Below the pieces are notes generated by a model that was not told the origin of the DNA, did no database searches, and saw nothing but the letters and a program-made list of their open reading frames with translations. A stretch of DNA of 64,000 bases, taken from assembly GCF_963921235.1 (NCBI RefSeq), contig NC_086108.1, positions 59,460,001 through 59,524,000 of the forward strand, given 5' to 3'. The first letter of the stretch is position 1. Each line of letters opens with the position of its first letter. Position numbers and translations under genes: made by a program. The DNA is from Mobula hypostoma (lineage: Eukaryota). Positions 25,231 to 36,090 of this stretch are shown here, piece after piece.

Positions 25231-25858
25231 TCTCAGGGACATGTTTCATTGAGATGTTTATTTTATATGTTTTGTCATAAATTCATGATTATTTTATCAC
25301 CTTAAAATATTTTATGTAAGGTTTATTTAATGTCGACTGGAACGGGCCACATGATCAGAGTTTGATAAAAGCAGGACTGTGGTATTATGGGTCAGAACCA
25401 ACATGGAGGCAGAGAAAGACACGTGGCCCTAAAATAACCTCATTCTGCATGTGGTCCAAGAGGCGCACACGGTGATTGTTTTTCTTAATTTGTTTTATAT
25501 AATGTTGTTGAGGTGTCTTTATATGAACAGTGTGATATATTTTAGTGATTTATTTGATTTCAGCACACTTCTGATGTGCTAATGTGTTTGGGCCTGTTTA
25601 CCGGCGGACACTAGCTTGAGAGACTTTAAAAGACAGAAAGAGGTATGTTTCAAACTTTGTGTCCTTTATTTTCTTGTAGTTTTCACGGTGTCTACTGATG
25701 AAAGAGAGAGAGAGAAATAAACATAAATCTTCAAGGACATCTGTATGTTGCGTGAGCATTATTTCATTGGACCGGTGCAGTTACTAGAAATACTTCAAAC
25801 CTTTATTGTCTCTTTCCTAGTTCTACTATACTATTTTATTTTTTATAAAATAGTATAG

Positions 25859-26532
25859 GAGAAGACGGCGGTGTGACGCAGCTCTCAGCAGCCGCCCCGG
25901 TGGTGATGTCCGTTAATTGTCAAGTAAGGTGCCGTGCACAGTCCTGATTTGATGGAGACAGACGTGAGAGCACGGAGGAACATCTGATGAAACTTCTGAA
26001 ATGCCTGCTTCGCTGCTGCTGCTACTGTGCGATCCAGAATCACTGGAGGAGAAGGCCCTGAGACCTCAGCTTTGCTTGTTGCTTGGCGGCCGGGGCGGGT
26101 TCAAAGCGCTCGGCAGAGGATGGTGCTCGGAGAGGCAGTATCGGAGGGGTTGGTCGGAGGGTGGAAGTTTTCAGACGGACTCAGAGTCAGTTGTGGTCAG
26201 GTGCTTCTAATACATCGGCAAGTTGTCGGCGCTTGGAGGTTCATGGCAGGGAGTGTTTCTCCCTTCTGCCACCTGCGTTAGATGATGAGTCAATCGGGAC
26301 TTTGAGATTTTTTTTTACCGTGCCCATAGTCTGCTCTTTATCAAATTATGGTATTGCTTTGCACTGTTGTAACTATATGTTATAATTATGTTGTTTTGTC
26401 AGTTTTAGTCTTGATTTGTCCTGTTTTTTTGTGATATCATTCTGGAGGAACATTGTATCATTTTTTAATGCATGCATTTCTAAATGACAATAAACGAGGA
26501 CTGAGTGTCCTCATAATCTAATCTAATCTAAT
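25859..26532 (+). mobile_element. Young CpG-rich non-autonomous retroelement with (AATCT)n tail
   Basis: Head GAGAAGACGGCGG, AATAAA then (AATCT)n. CTATTTTA repeated at 25831-25838 and after the tail as a probable TSD. Confidence 0.75.
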
Positions 26533-26534
26533 CT

Positions 26535-26670
26535 ATTTTAGGAAACAGCTCAGAAAAGGCCTTTCTGGTCCAATAATCTACATGGCCCAGTAACCAACCT
26601 ATTCAATATTAGCCTAATCACAGGACAATTTACAATGATGAATTAACCTACTAACTCATAGTTCTTTGGT
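26535..26670 (-). mobile_element. V-SINE 3' fragment
   Basis: GGACAATTTACAATGA..AATTAACCTACTAAC is the reverse complement of the body of the 34725-35015 SINE. Confidence 0.7.
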
Positions 26671-27304
26671 CGTGAAATGAATCAGAAACAGGTTTATTAT
26701 CACTGGCATGTGACATGAAATTTGTTAACTTCACAGCAGCAGTTCAATGCAATACGTAATCTAGCAGAGAAAGAAATAATAATAATAAATAATCAAGTAA
26801 ATCAATTTCATACAAACATATATTGAATAGATTAAAAAAACGTGCAAAAACAGAAATACTGTATTTTTTTTTAAAAAGTGAGGTAGTGTCCAAAGATTCA
26901 ATGTCCATTTAGCAATTGGATGGCAGAGAGGAAGAAACTGTTTCTGAATCACCGAGTGTGAGCCTTCAGGCTTCTGTACCTCCTACCTGATAGTAACTGT
27001 GAGAAAAAGGCATGCCCTGGGCGCTGGAGGTCCTTAATAATGGACGCTGCCTTTCTGAGACATGGCTCCCTAAAGATGTCCTGGGTATTTTGTAGGCTAG
27101 TACCCAAGATGGAGATGACTAGATTTACAACCTTCTGCAGCTTCTTTTGGTCCTGTGCAGTAGCCCCACCATACCAGACAGTGTTGCAGTCTGTCAGAAT
27201 GCTTAACACAGTACAACTAGAGAAGTTTTTGAGTGTATTTGTTGACATGCCAAATCTCTTCAAACTCCTAATGAAGTATAGCCACTGTCTTGCCTTCTTT
27301 ATAA

Positions 27305-30300
27305 GATAGAGAGGTGTAAAATGAGAGTAGAAGCAAGAAGTAGTAAGGTGAAAAGTAAAAGTGGCAGGCCGGGAAATCCAGGGCAAAAATCGAAAAGGGC
27401 CAATTTTCAACATAATTGTATAAGGGCTAAGAGTGTTGTAAAAGCAAGCCTGAAGGTTTTGTGTGTCAATGCAAGGAGCATTCGTAACAAGGTGGATGAA
27501 TTAAAAGTGCAGATTATTATTAATGAATATGATATAGTTGGGATCACAGAGACATGACTCCAGGGTGACCTAGGATGGGAGCTCAACATTCAGGGATATT
27601 CAATATTCAGGAGGGATAGACATGAAAGAAAAGGAGGTGGGGTAGCTTTGCTGGTTAGAGAGGAGAATAACGCAATAGAAAGGAAGGACATTAGCCTGGG
27701 GGATGTGCAATTGATATGGGTAGAGCTACATAACACTAAGGGGCAGAAAATGCTGGTGGGAGTTGTGTACAGGCCACCTAACAGTAGTAGTGAGGTTGGG
27801 GATGGCATTAAACAGGAAATTAGAAATGCGTGCAATAAAGGAACAGCAGTTATAATGGGTGACTTCAATCTACATATAGATTGGGTGAACCGAATTGGTA
27901 AGGGTGCTGAGGAAGAGGATTTCTTGGAATGTATGTGGGATGGTTTTTTGAACCAACATGTCGAGGAACCAACTAGAGAGCAGGCCATTCTAGACTGGGT
28001 ATTGAGCAATGAGGAAGGGTTAATTAGCAATCTTGTCATGAGAGGCCCCTTGGGTAAGAGTGACCATAATATGGTGGAATTCTTCATTAAGATGGAGAGT
28101 GACATAGTTACTTCAGAAACAAAGGTTTGAACTTAAAGAAGGGTAACTTTGAAGGTATGAGACGTGAATTAGCTAAGATAGACTGGCAAATGATACTTAA
28201 AGGGCTGACGGTGAATATGCAATGGCAAGCATTTAAACATTGTATGAATGAACTACAACAATTGTTCATCCCAGTTTGGCTAAAGAATAGACCAGGGAAG
28301 GTGACTGACAAGGGAAATTAGGGATAGTATCAATTCCAAAGAAGAAAAATACAAATTAGCCAGAAAAAGTGGCTCACCTGAGGACTGGGAGAAATTAAGA
28401 GTCCAGCAGAGGAAGACAAAGGGCTTAATTAGGAAAGGGAAAAAAGAGTATGAGAGAAAACTGGCAGGGAACATAAAAACTGACTGTAAAAGCTTTTATA
28501 AATATGTGAAAAGAAAAATATAGGTTAAGACAAATGTAGGTCCCTTACAGTCAGAAACAGGTGAATTGATCATGGGGAACAAGGACATGGCAGACCAACT
28601 GAATAACTACTTTGGTTCTGTCTTCACTAAGGAGGACATAAATAATCTTCCGGAAATAGTAGGGGACAGAGGGTCTAGTGAGATGGAGGAAGTGAGGGAA
28701 ATACATGTTAGTAGGGAAGTGATGTTAGGTAAATTGAAGGGATTAAAGGCAGATAAATCCCCAGGGCCAGATGGTCTACATCCCAGAGTGCTTAAGGAAG
28801 TAGCCCAAGAAATAGTGGATGCATTAGTGATAATTTTTCAAAACTCTTTGGATTCTGGACTAGTTCCTGAGGATTGGAGGGTGGCTAATGTAACCCCGCT
28901 TTTTAAAAAAGGAAGGAGAGAGAAACCGGGAAATTATAGACTGGTTAGCCTAACATCAGTAGTGGGGAAAATGTTAGAGTCAGTTATCAAAGATGTGATA
29001 ATAGCACATTTGGAAAGCGGTGAAATCATCAGACAAAGTCAGCATGGATTTGTGAAAGGAAAATCATGTCTGACGAATCTCATAGAATTTTTTGAGGATG
29101 TAACTAGTAGAGTGGATAGGGGAGAACCAGTGGATGTGGTATATTTGGATTTTCAAAAGGCTTTTGACAAGGTCCCACACAGAAGATTAGTGTGCAAACT
29201 TAAAGCACACGGTATTGGGAGTAAGGTATTGGTGTGGGTGGAGAATTGGTTAGCAGACAGGAAGCGAAGAGTGGGAAATAAATGGGACCTTTTCAGAATG
29301 GCAGGCGGTGACTAGTGGGGTACCGCAAGGCTCAGTGCTGGGACCCCAGTTGTTTACAATATATATTAATGACTTAGACGAGGGAATTAAATGCAGCATC
29401 TCCAAGTTTGCGGATGACGCGAAGCTAGGCGGCAGTGTTAGCTGTGAGGAGGATGCTAAGAGGATGCAGGGTGACTTGGATAGGTTAGGTGAGAGGGCAA
29501 ATTCATGGCAGATGCAATTTAATGTGGATAAATGTGAGGTTATCCACTTTGGTGGCAAAAATAGGAAAACAGATTATTATCTGAATGGTGGCCGATTAGG
29601 AAAAGGGGAGGTGCAACGAGACCTGGGTGTCATTATACACCTGTCATTGAAAGTGGGCATGCAGGTACAGCAGGTGGAGAAAAAAGGCGAATGGTATGCT
29701 GGCATTTATAGCAAGAGAATTCGAGTACAGGAGCAGGGAGGTACTACTGCAGTTGTACAAGGCCTTGGTGAGACCACACCTGGAGTATTGTGTGCAGTTT
29801 TGGTCCCCTAATCTGAGGAAAGACATCTTTGCCATAGAGGGAGTACAAAGAAGGTTCACCAGATTGATTCCTGGGATGGCAGGTCTTTCATATAATGAAA
29901 GACTGGATCGATTAGGCTTATACTCGCTGGAATTTAGAAGATTGAGGGGGGATCTTATTGAATGTATAAAATCCTAAAGGGATTGGACAGGCTAGATGCA
30001 GGAAGATTGTTCCCGATGTTGGGGAAGTCCAGAATGAGGGGTCACAGTTTGAGGATAAAGGGGAAGCCTTTTAGGACAGAGATGAGGAAAAAGTTCTTCA
30101 CACAGAGAGTGGTGAATCTGTGGAATTCTCTGCCACAGGAAACAGTTGAGGCCAGTTCATTGACTATATTTAAGAGGGAGTTAGATATGGCCCTTGTGGC
30201 TAAAGGGATCAGGGGTATGGAGAGAAGGCAGGTACAGGGTTCTGAGTTGGATGATCAGCCATGATCATACTGAATGGCGGTGCAGGCTCAAAGGGCCGAA

Positions 30301-30332
30301 TGGCCTACTCCTGCACCTATTTTCTATGTTTC
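27305..30332 (+). mobile_element. CR1 LINE with nearly complete but disrupted ORF2 (APE endonuclease plus RT)
   Basis: [78 protein letters not shown]. Several stops and frameshifts. TATAA TSD at 27300-27304 and 30333-30337. Confidence 0.97.
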
Positions 30333-30651
30333 TATAACTACATCATTATGTTGTGACTAGGTTCGATCCTCAGAGATCTTGACAGCCAGGAACTTGAAGC
30401 TGCTCACTCTCTCCACTTCTGATCCCTCTATGAGGATTGGTATATGTTCCTTTGTCTTATCCTTCCTGAAGTCCACAATCAGCTCTTTCATCTTACTGAT
30501 GTTGAGTGCCAGGTTGTTGCTGCGGCACCACTCCACTAGTTGGCATATCTCACTCCTATATGCCCTCTCGTCACAATCTGAGATTCTACCAACAATGGTT
30601 GTAGCATCACCAAATTTATAGATGGTTTTTGAGCTAAGCCTATCCACACAG

Positions 30652-30855
30652 GCATCAGCACTGGACTTCGGAGTGATGGCTCCCGAGTTCAAATCCAGCC
30701 GGCTCCCTCACATGCTTTCCATCCGTGCTGGGTTGAGCGTCGAGCAAGCAACTTGGCCTCGTAAAAATTTAGAAAGCCTGCTAAAAAAACACTGTCATGA
30801 CGGCGTCCCAATTACTCCACTTGTAGCTAAGGGCTTTCTTCTTCTTCTTCTTCTT
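30652..30855 (+). mobile_element. tRNA-derived SINE with (CTT)n tail
   Basis: Pol III B box GAGTTCAAATCC at 30685-30696 and (CTT)6 tail. Diverged 12-bp TSD CTATCCACACAG / CTAGTGACACAG. Confidence 0.75.
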
Positions 30856-31331
30856 CTAGTGACACAGTCATGTGTGCATAGTGAGTAGAGCAGTGGGCTA
30901 AGCACACACCCCATATTGCCAGTGTTGATCATCAGCAAGGAGGATATTTTATCACCAATCTGCACAGATTGTGGTCTTCTGGTTTGGAAGTCGAGGATCC
31001 AATTGCAGAGGGAGGTACAGAGGCCCAGGTTCTGCAACTTCTCAATCAGGATTGTGGGAATGATTGTGTTAAATGCTGAGCTATAGTCGATGAACAGCAT
31101 ATTGACGTAGGTGTTTGTGTTGTCCAGGTGGTCTAAAGCCGTGCGGAGAGCCACTGAGATTGCGTCTTCCGTTGACATATTGGGGCGATAGGCAAATTGT
31201 AATGAGTCCAGGTCCCTGCTGAGGCAGGAGTTCAGTCTAGTCATGACCAACCTCTCAAAGCATTTCATCACTGTCGATGTGAGTGCTACCAGGCAATAGT
31301 CATTAAGGCAGCCCACATTATTCTTCTTAGG

Positions 31332-32544
31332 CAGGGGTTCCCAACCTTTCTTGCACAGCGGACCGGTTTAATATTGACAATATTCTTGCGGACCGACTGA
31401 CCCGGGGGGTGGTGGGGTGATGGGTAGGGTTGCCAACGGACAAAAGTAGCAGTCAAATACATTGTGTTTACCCAGAGAAAGACTACAATGACCATGAAGC
31501 CTTGCGCGGGCACCAGTGTGCATTGTGCATGCCTGACCTGCGCATGCGTGTACCTGCCGATTCTTTTTCCTGCAAATCCTTTTTGGCGATTCTGTTTGGG
31601 GGGGGTGTTAATCACAACCGGAATATAGGTGATGAGTGGCTAATGCACTCAATTTCATCTCTAAAAGAGATTATCTAACGAATTTAATATTAAACGCACA
31701 GTGCATATTTTTCTCGCATGAATATAGTAATAAGTCAATTATCAGGGTTGGACAGGGGAGCTTAAAGTAAGTGTTGAATGAACTTCCAGTAGAAGTGGCA
31801 GAAGCAGGTTTGATATTATCATTTAAAGAAAAAATTGGGTAGGTATATGGACAGGAAAGGAATGGAGGGTTATGGGCTGAGTGCAGATCGGTGGGACTAG
31901 GTGAGAGTAGCGTTCGGCACGGACTAGAAGGGCCAAGATGGCCTGTTTCCATGCTGCAATTGTTATATGGTTATATAAGTAAGTCAATAGCATCATAACA
32001 TTTTAAGTAACGTTTGGATATTAAACACACAGCGCATATTTTCCCCGTATGAACATATAAAATCATTGCAACACACCAATATCGCTGAATCACTGGGAGC
32101 CCTGGGCTTGTTTTCTTGCAACAACATGGTCCTATCGAAGGGTGATGGGAGACAACGATACTCGAAGGGGGTTCCTTATGTCCAGTCTATTCCGCAATTT
32201 AGTTTTCATTGCATTCATTGCAGAAAACTCCGTTTTGCAGAAAAATTTTGGAAATGGAAGCAACATTTTCAGTGCTTTTGTGGCTATCTCAGGATATTTA
32301 GCCTTGACTTTGATCCAGAACGCCGGCAGAGATGTTATGTCAAACATACTTTTCAGCCCACTGTCATTTGCAAGCTTAAGGAGTTGATCTCCTTTCCGCA
32401 CTGACATGGATGACACGTGGGTAATGGCTCAATGGTGAGCGACAGGGAATGAGGAAAGTTGCAGCGGACTCACATCGCCAAATTATATGGTTTCCTCGTG
32501 GCCCGGTAGCTCATGCTTTGCAGCCCAGTGGTTGGGGACCGCTG
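31332..32544 (-). mobile_element. Non-autonomous hAT (Charlie/MER1-type) transposon with C-terminal transposase remnant
   Basis: TIRs CAGGGGTTCCCAACC / CAGCGGTCCCCAACC, perfect 8-bp TSD TTCTTAGG (31324-31331, 32545-32552). ORF FWIKVKAKYPEIATKALKMLLPFP...FSAMNAMKTKLRNRLDI is a hAT dimerisation domain. Confidence 0.95.
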
Positions 32545-33719
32545 TTCTTAGGCACTGGTATAATTGTTATCTTTTTGAAGTAAGTGGTAACTTCCTCCCA
32601 TAGCAGTGAGAGGTTGAAAATGTCCTTGAATACTCCCGCTAGTTGGTTGGCACAGGTTTTCAGAACCTTACCAGGTACTCTATCGGGACCTTCCACCTTG
32701 CAAGGGTTCACTCTCTTTAAAGACAGTCTAACATCGGCCTCTGAGACGGAGATCACAGGGTCATCAGGTGCAGCAGGGATCTTCACAGCTGTAGTTGTGT
32801 TCTCCTTTTCAAAGCGGGCATAGAAGGTATTGAGTTCATCTGGTAGTGAAGCATCGCTGCCATTTATGCTATTCGGTTTTGCTTTGTAGGAAGTGGTGAC
32901 TTGCAGTTCCTGCCAGAGTTGCCGTGCATCCGATGCTGCCTCCAACCTCGTTCCAAATTGCCTCTTCACCCTTGAATTAGCCCTCCGCAAATCATACCAG
33001 GTTTTCTGGTACAGGCCTGTTGCCAGACTTGAATGCCACAGATCTAACCAAAGCACCCCAAAGGAAGCACACACAGTTCACTGGAAGAATAGATTAGTAA
33101 TAATTGGTTGAAGGCCGAGGAGAGAGAAGGATTTCTCCTGTCACCGAGTGAAATCTTTGTTCCACTGGTGGTGGAGGTAGAACCCTCATTCCATTGATAT
33201 TTTCCCTGCTTGTGTACTTGAATAATCATAACCTGCAGAGATATGAGCCTCATGGTGGAAGGTGAGATTACACAGACTCTTCATTAACTAGCACAGACAT
33301 AAAAATATAAAGGCTCCTTTGTAGTCACCCTTTTGTAAATTTTTTGAGCACAAATGCAGCCAGCTGTTTCTAACATTTCTGGCCCTCGGGTAGTATTGAA
33401 GATACTTGATAAAACATTCTTGGGAAAATGGTGTGATAAAAGAACGGAATGATTCACATATAGTGTGCATATAGCACGGACACAATGGTCCAATGTTTCA
33501 TTTTCTCTCACTCTGCCTTGTTTGTCTGTAACCTCCTGCAAAGAGGTCCAATATAAATTTAAGGAAATATATATTGGACCTCTTCTGCAGTATTCTGCAT
33601 TGAATTCAATAATTTCATGTAACATGCCTTCTCTGATTGTATTGGAAATGATTATTTATGCTGTAGGTTACTCAATGCAATTTTAACCTTCTTTATTAAC
33701 ACAGTCTGTTCTGCTGGTC

Positions 33720-34035
33720 ATTTCTGACATCTCTTCCTGCACTTCCCAGCTTTTACATGTTTGCTCGCTAGTTTTCTCTCAGCTACCTGCTCTCATTAAC
33801 CCATCATGCAGATAACTTCAACAGCAGTTTATCACCACAGCAACCTGGCGTCACCTCCTCCATTCTTTTTGTAACTTAAAATTAACCTGTCTTCTCTCCT
33901 TTCCAGTTCTCACAAAGGGTCTTTGTCCTGAGATGTTAATTCTGTGTCTCATTCCATAGATTCTGCCTAACTTGCTGAGAGTTTCCTATATTTGATGCTT
34001 TGCATTTCAGATTCCCAGCATCTGTGGTTTCATTT
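33720..34035 (+). mobile_element. Decayed Penelope 3' UTR and terminal repeat
   Basis: CAGTTCTCACAAAGGGTCTTTGTCCTGAGATGTT (eroded hammerhead) then CATAGATTCTGCCT...CAGATTCCCAGCATCTG. Confidence 0.6.
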
Positions 34036-34042
34036 TCTTTTC

Positions 34043-34335
34043 TGAGGCAGTTCCTATGGCTTAGGAGGCCCTACTTCCACCGGATCATGAAGTGACTGAT
34101 GAGGCCAACTGGGCATCTACAAACCCTGTCGCGGGGTGGGGGAGGGGGGGGATATGTGATTTTGGATAGAGCTGATTGGAAGATAATTTGGGAGATGGTG
34201 CAGTGCTTCCATTGTTTTGGGTGACCTTTCAGATGTTTCTGACAATGAAATTCAAAGATCACAGTCCCATCCTAGATGCTCTATTTCTATTTTGAATGGT
34301 CATGGGCCAGGGATTCCCACGAGCCAGAGAGCATA
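34043..34335 (-). mobile_element. RTE LINE 3' end relic
   Basis: Minus strand SWESLAHDHSK (like WESLAxDRSxW) and CRCPVGLISH (like RIGLISH). Confidence 0.6.
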
Positions 34336-34724
34336 TAAACTTCTTTCAAAAGTATTTTAACAATATTTGCAAAATTTCTTGATACAACTTCTATTAGATA
34401 AGCTTGATAAAGCTTTCTGTAGACTGCTTGCTTTGGAAGTCTGGTATTGAACACAAGAATAATATAGTTTGCCTGTTGGAGCCAATCAATAGTAACTAAA
34501 TCCCGAATGCTGCTTATGTTGACCTGGGAGAGGAGCTCTAGGTATACATGCCTAGACAGTCAACCACTCAGAGGTCCATTTTATGGGGTTAAATTAGCCT
34601 ATGGCTTAAAAGTTTAGTCTGCTCATTTACTTGCTAAAATTGCATATTAGGGGATTGGGCAATTAATATTCAATGCTAAGAAACTTCATTTTGTGTGAGA
34701 AAGTCTTACCTCAGGCTCTAAAGA

Positions 34725-35015
34725 TGTAATTAGTATAATGGTTAGTGCAATGCTATTGCATCTTGGGGCTTCAGAGTTCAGAGTTCAATTCCTGCATCCT
34801 TACTATGAAGTTTGTATGTTCTCCTTGTGACTGCACGGGATTCCTTTGGGTGCTTCGGTTTTCTTCCTCAGTCCAAAGATGTACTAGTTAGTAGGTTAAT
34901 TGGACATCATAAATTGTCCTGGTGATTCGGCTAGGGGTAAAGTGGTGGGTTGCTGCGCGGCTTGGCTCATTAGGCCGAAAGGGCCTGTTTCACACTGTAC
35001 CTCTAAATAAATAAA
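34725..35015 (+). mobile_element. Full-length V-SINE (HE1-like): tRNA head, V-domain, CR1-type tail
   Basis: A box TAGTATAATGG, B box GAGTTCAATTCC, V-domain TTTGTATGTTCTCC..GTGACTGC.CGGG.TTCC...GGGTGCT.CGGTTT, tail GGCCGAAAGGGCCTGTTT...(TAAA)n. Confidence 0.88.
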
Positions 35016-35154
35016 CATTTGTAGTTCTGAGATTTATTCAGGAGCTGATGTACAAAAGTACTTTAGAAACTTGTCATCTTCCTCTGGTTCTAGGTCACAA
35101 ATGGAACATTTGTCTAATGATCCAATTGCTGATTATTTTTGTACAATGAGAAAT

Positions 35155-36010
35155 ACAAGTAAATTTATTATCAAAGTATGTGTATGTCACCATATACAAC
35201 ACTGAGATTCATTATCTTGTGGGCTTCCTCAATAACTCCAATAAATCGGTCACAGACCGTACTAACAGGGCAGACAACCAGTGTGCAAGAGCAACAAAAT
35301 GCGCAAATGCGTCAAGATCTTGGAAGACCTAGCCTGGTCCCAACATATCAATACAACTATAAAAGAGGCAAGACAGCGGCTATGTCTCACTAGGAGTTTG
35401 AAGACATTTGGTGATCAGTTGATCAACTAAAACACTCAAAAGTTTCTATAGATGTACTATGGAGAGTACTATGACAGGCTGCATTACTACCTGGTGTTGG
35501 AGGGTGGGGCTATTGCACAGGACCGAAAGAGGCTGCAGAAAGTTAAGTTAGTCGGCTCCATCTTCACTACAAGCCTCCGTGGTACCCAAGACATCATCAA
35601 GGAGTGGTGCCTCAGAAAGGTAACACTCATAATTAAGCGCTCCCATCACCCAGGGCATACCCTTTTTCTCACTGTTACTATTAGGAAGCAGCAGGTACCA
35701 GAAGCCTGAAGGCACACACTCAGCAATTCAGGAATAGCTTCTTCCCCTCTGCCACCTGATTTCTGAATGAACATTGAACCCGTGAACACTACTTCACTTT
35801 TTAAAATATATATTATTTCTATTTTTGCACTTTTTAATATATTCAATATACATACATGCTTACTGTAATTTATTTATTTATTCTTTCTATATTATCATAT
35901 ATTGCATTCTACTGCTACTGTCAAGTTAACAACTTTCACTTGCTGGTGACAATAAACCTGATTCTGATTCTGAAATACAAAAGAAAAAAAAAAGTAATAA
36001 TAATAATAAC
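35155..36010 (-). mobile_element. Rex1 3' tail (35155-35310, 35973-36010) split by another Rex copy
   Basis: AAATTTATTATCAAAGTA...TGAGATTCATT, same tail type as 9066-9276. Resumes AAATACAAAAGAAA...(TAA)n. Confidence 0.75.
35311..35972 (+). mobile_element. Rex1/Babar 3' fragment with (TTCTGA)n tail
   Basis: KARQRL, AQDRKRLQKV, HPGH motifs and AATAAACCTGATTCTGATTCTG end. Confidence 0.85.
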
Positions 36011-36090
36011 AAACTCCTATGGATATACTTTCTTCAAAGAAAACAGGAATCAGCACTCCACACAAGCATATGCAATTCTGATAATAATAC
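36011..36090 (+). mobile_element. Second short fragment of the R4/Dong element
   Basis: Aligns by eye to 10232-10309 with about 13 mismatches in about 74 nt. Confidence 0.8.

Larger units (their letters stand above)
26678..33045 (-). mobile_element. Rex1/Babar LINE hosting CR1, SINE and hAT insertions (pieces 26678-27304, 30333-30651, 30856-31331, 32545-33045)
   Basis: Pieces join and align with the copy at 36091-38495: [77 protein letters not shown]. Confidence 0.95.

Noticed and set aside
34096..34120. CTGATGAGGCC as a hammerhead core
   Set aside because: No downstream GAAA or closing stems. It is the antisense of the RTE GLISH codons.
34725..34800. tRNA gene
   Set aside because: A and B boxes only, no cloverleaf. 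It is a SINE head, as are 30652, 41100-41175 and 48480-48555.
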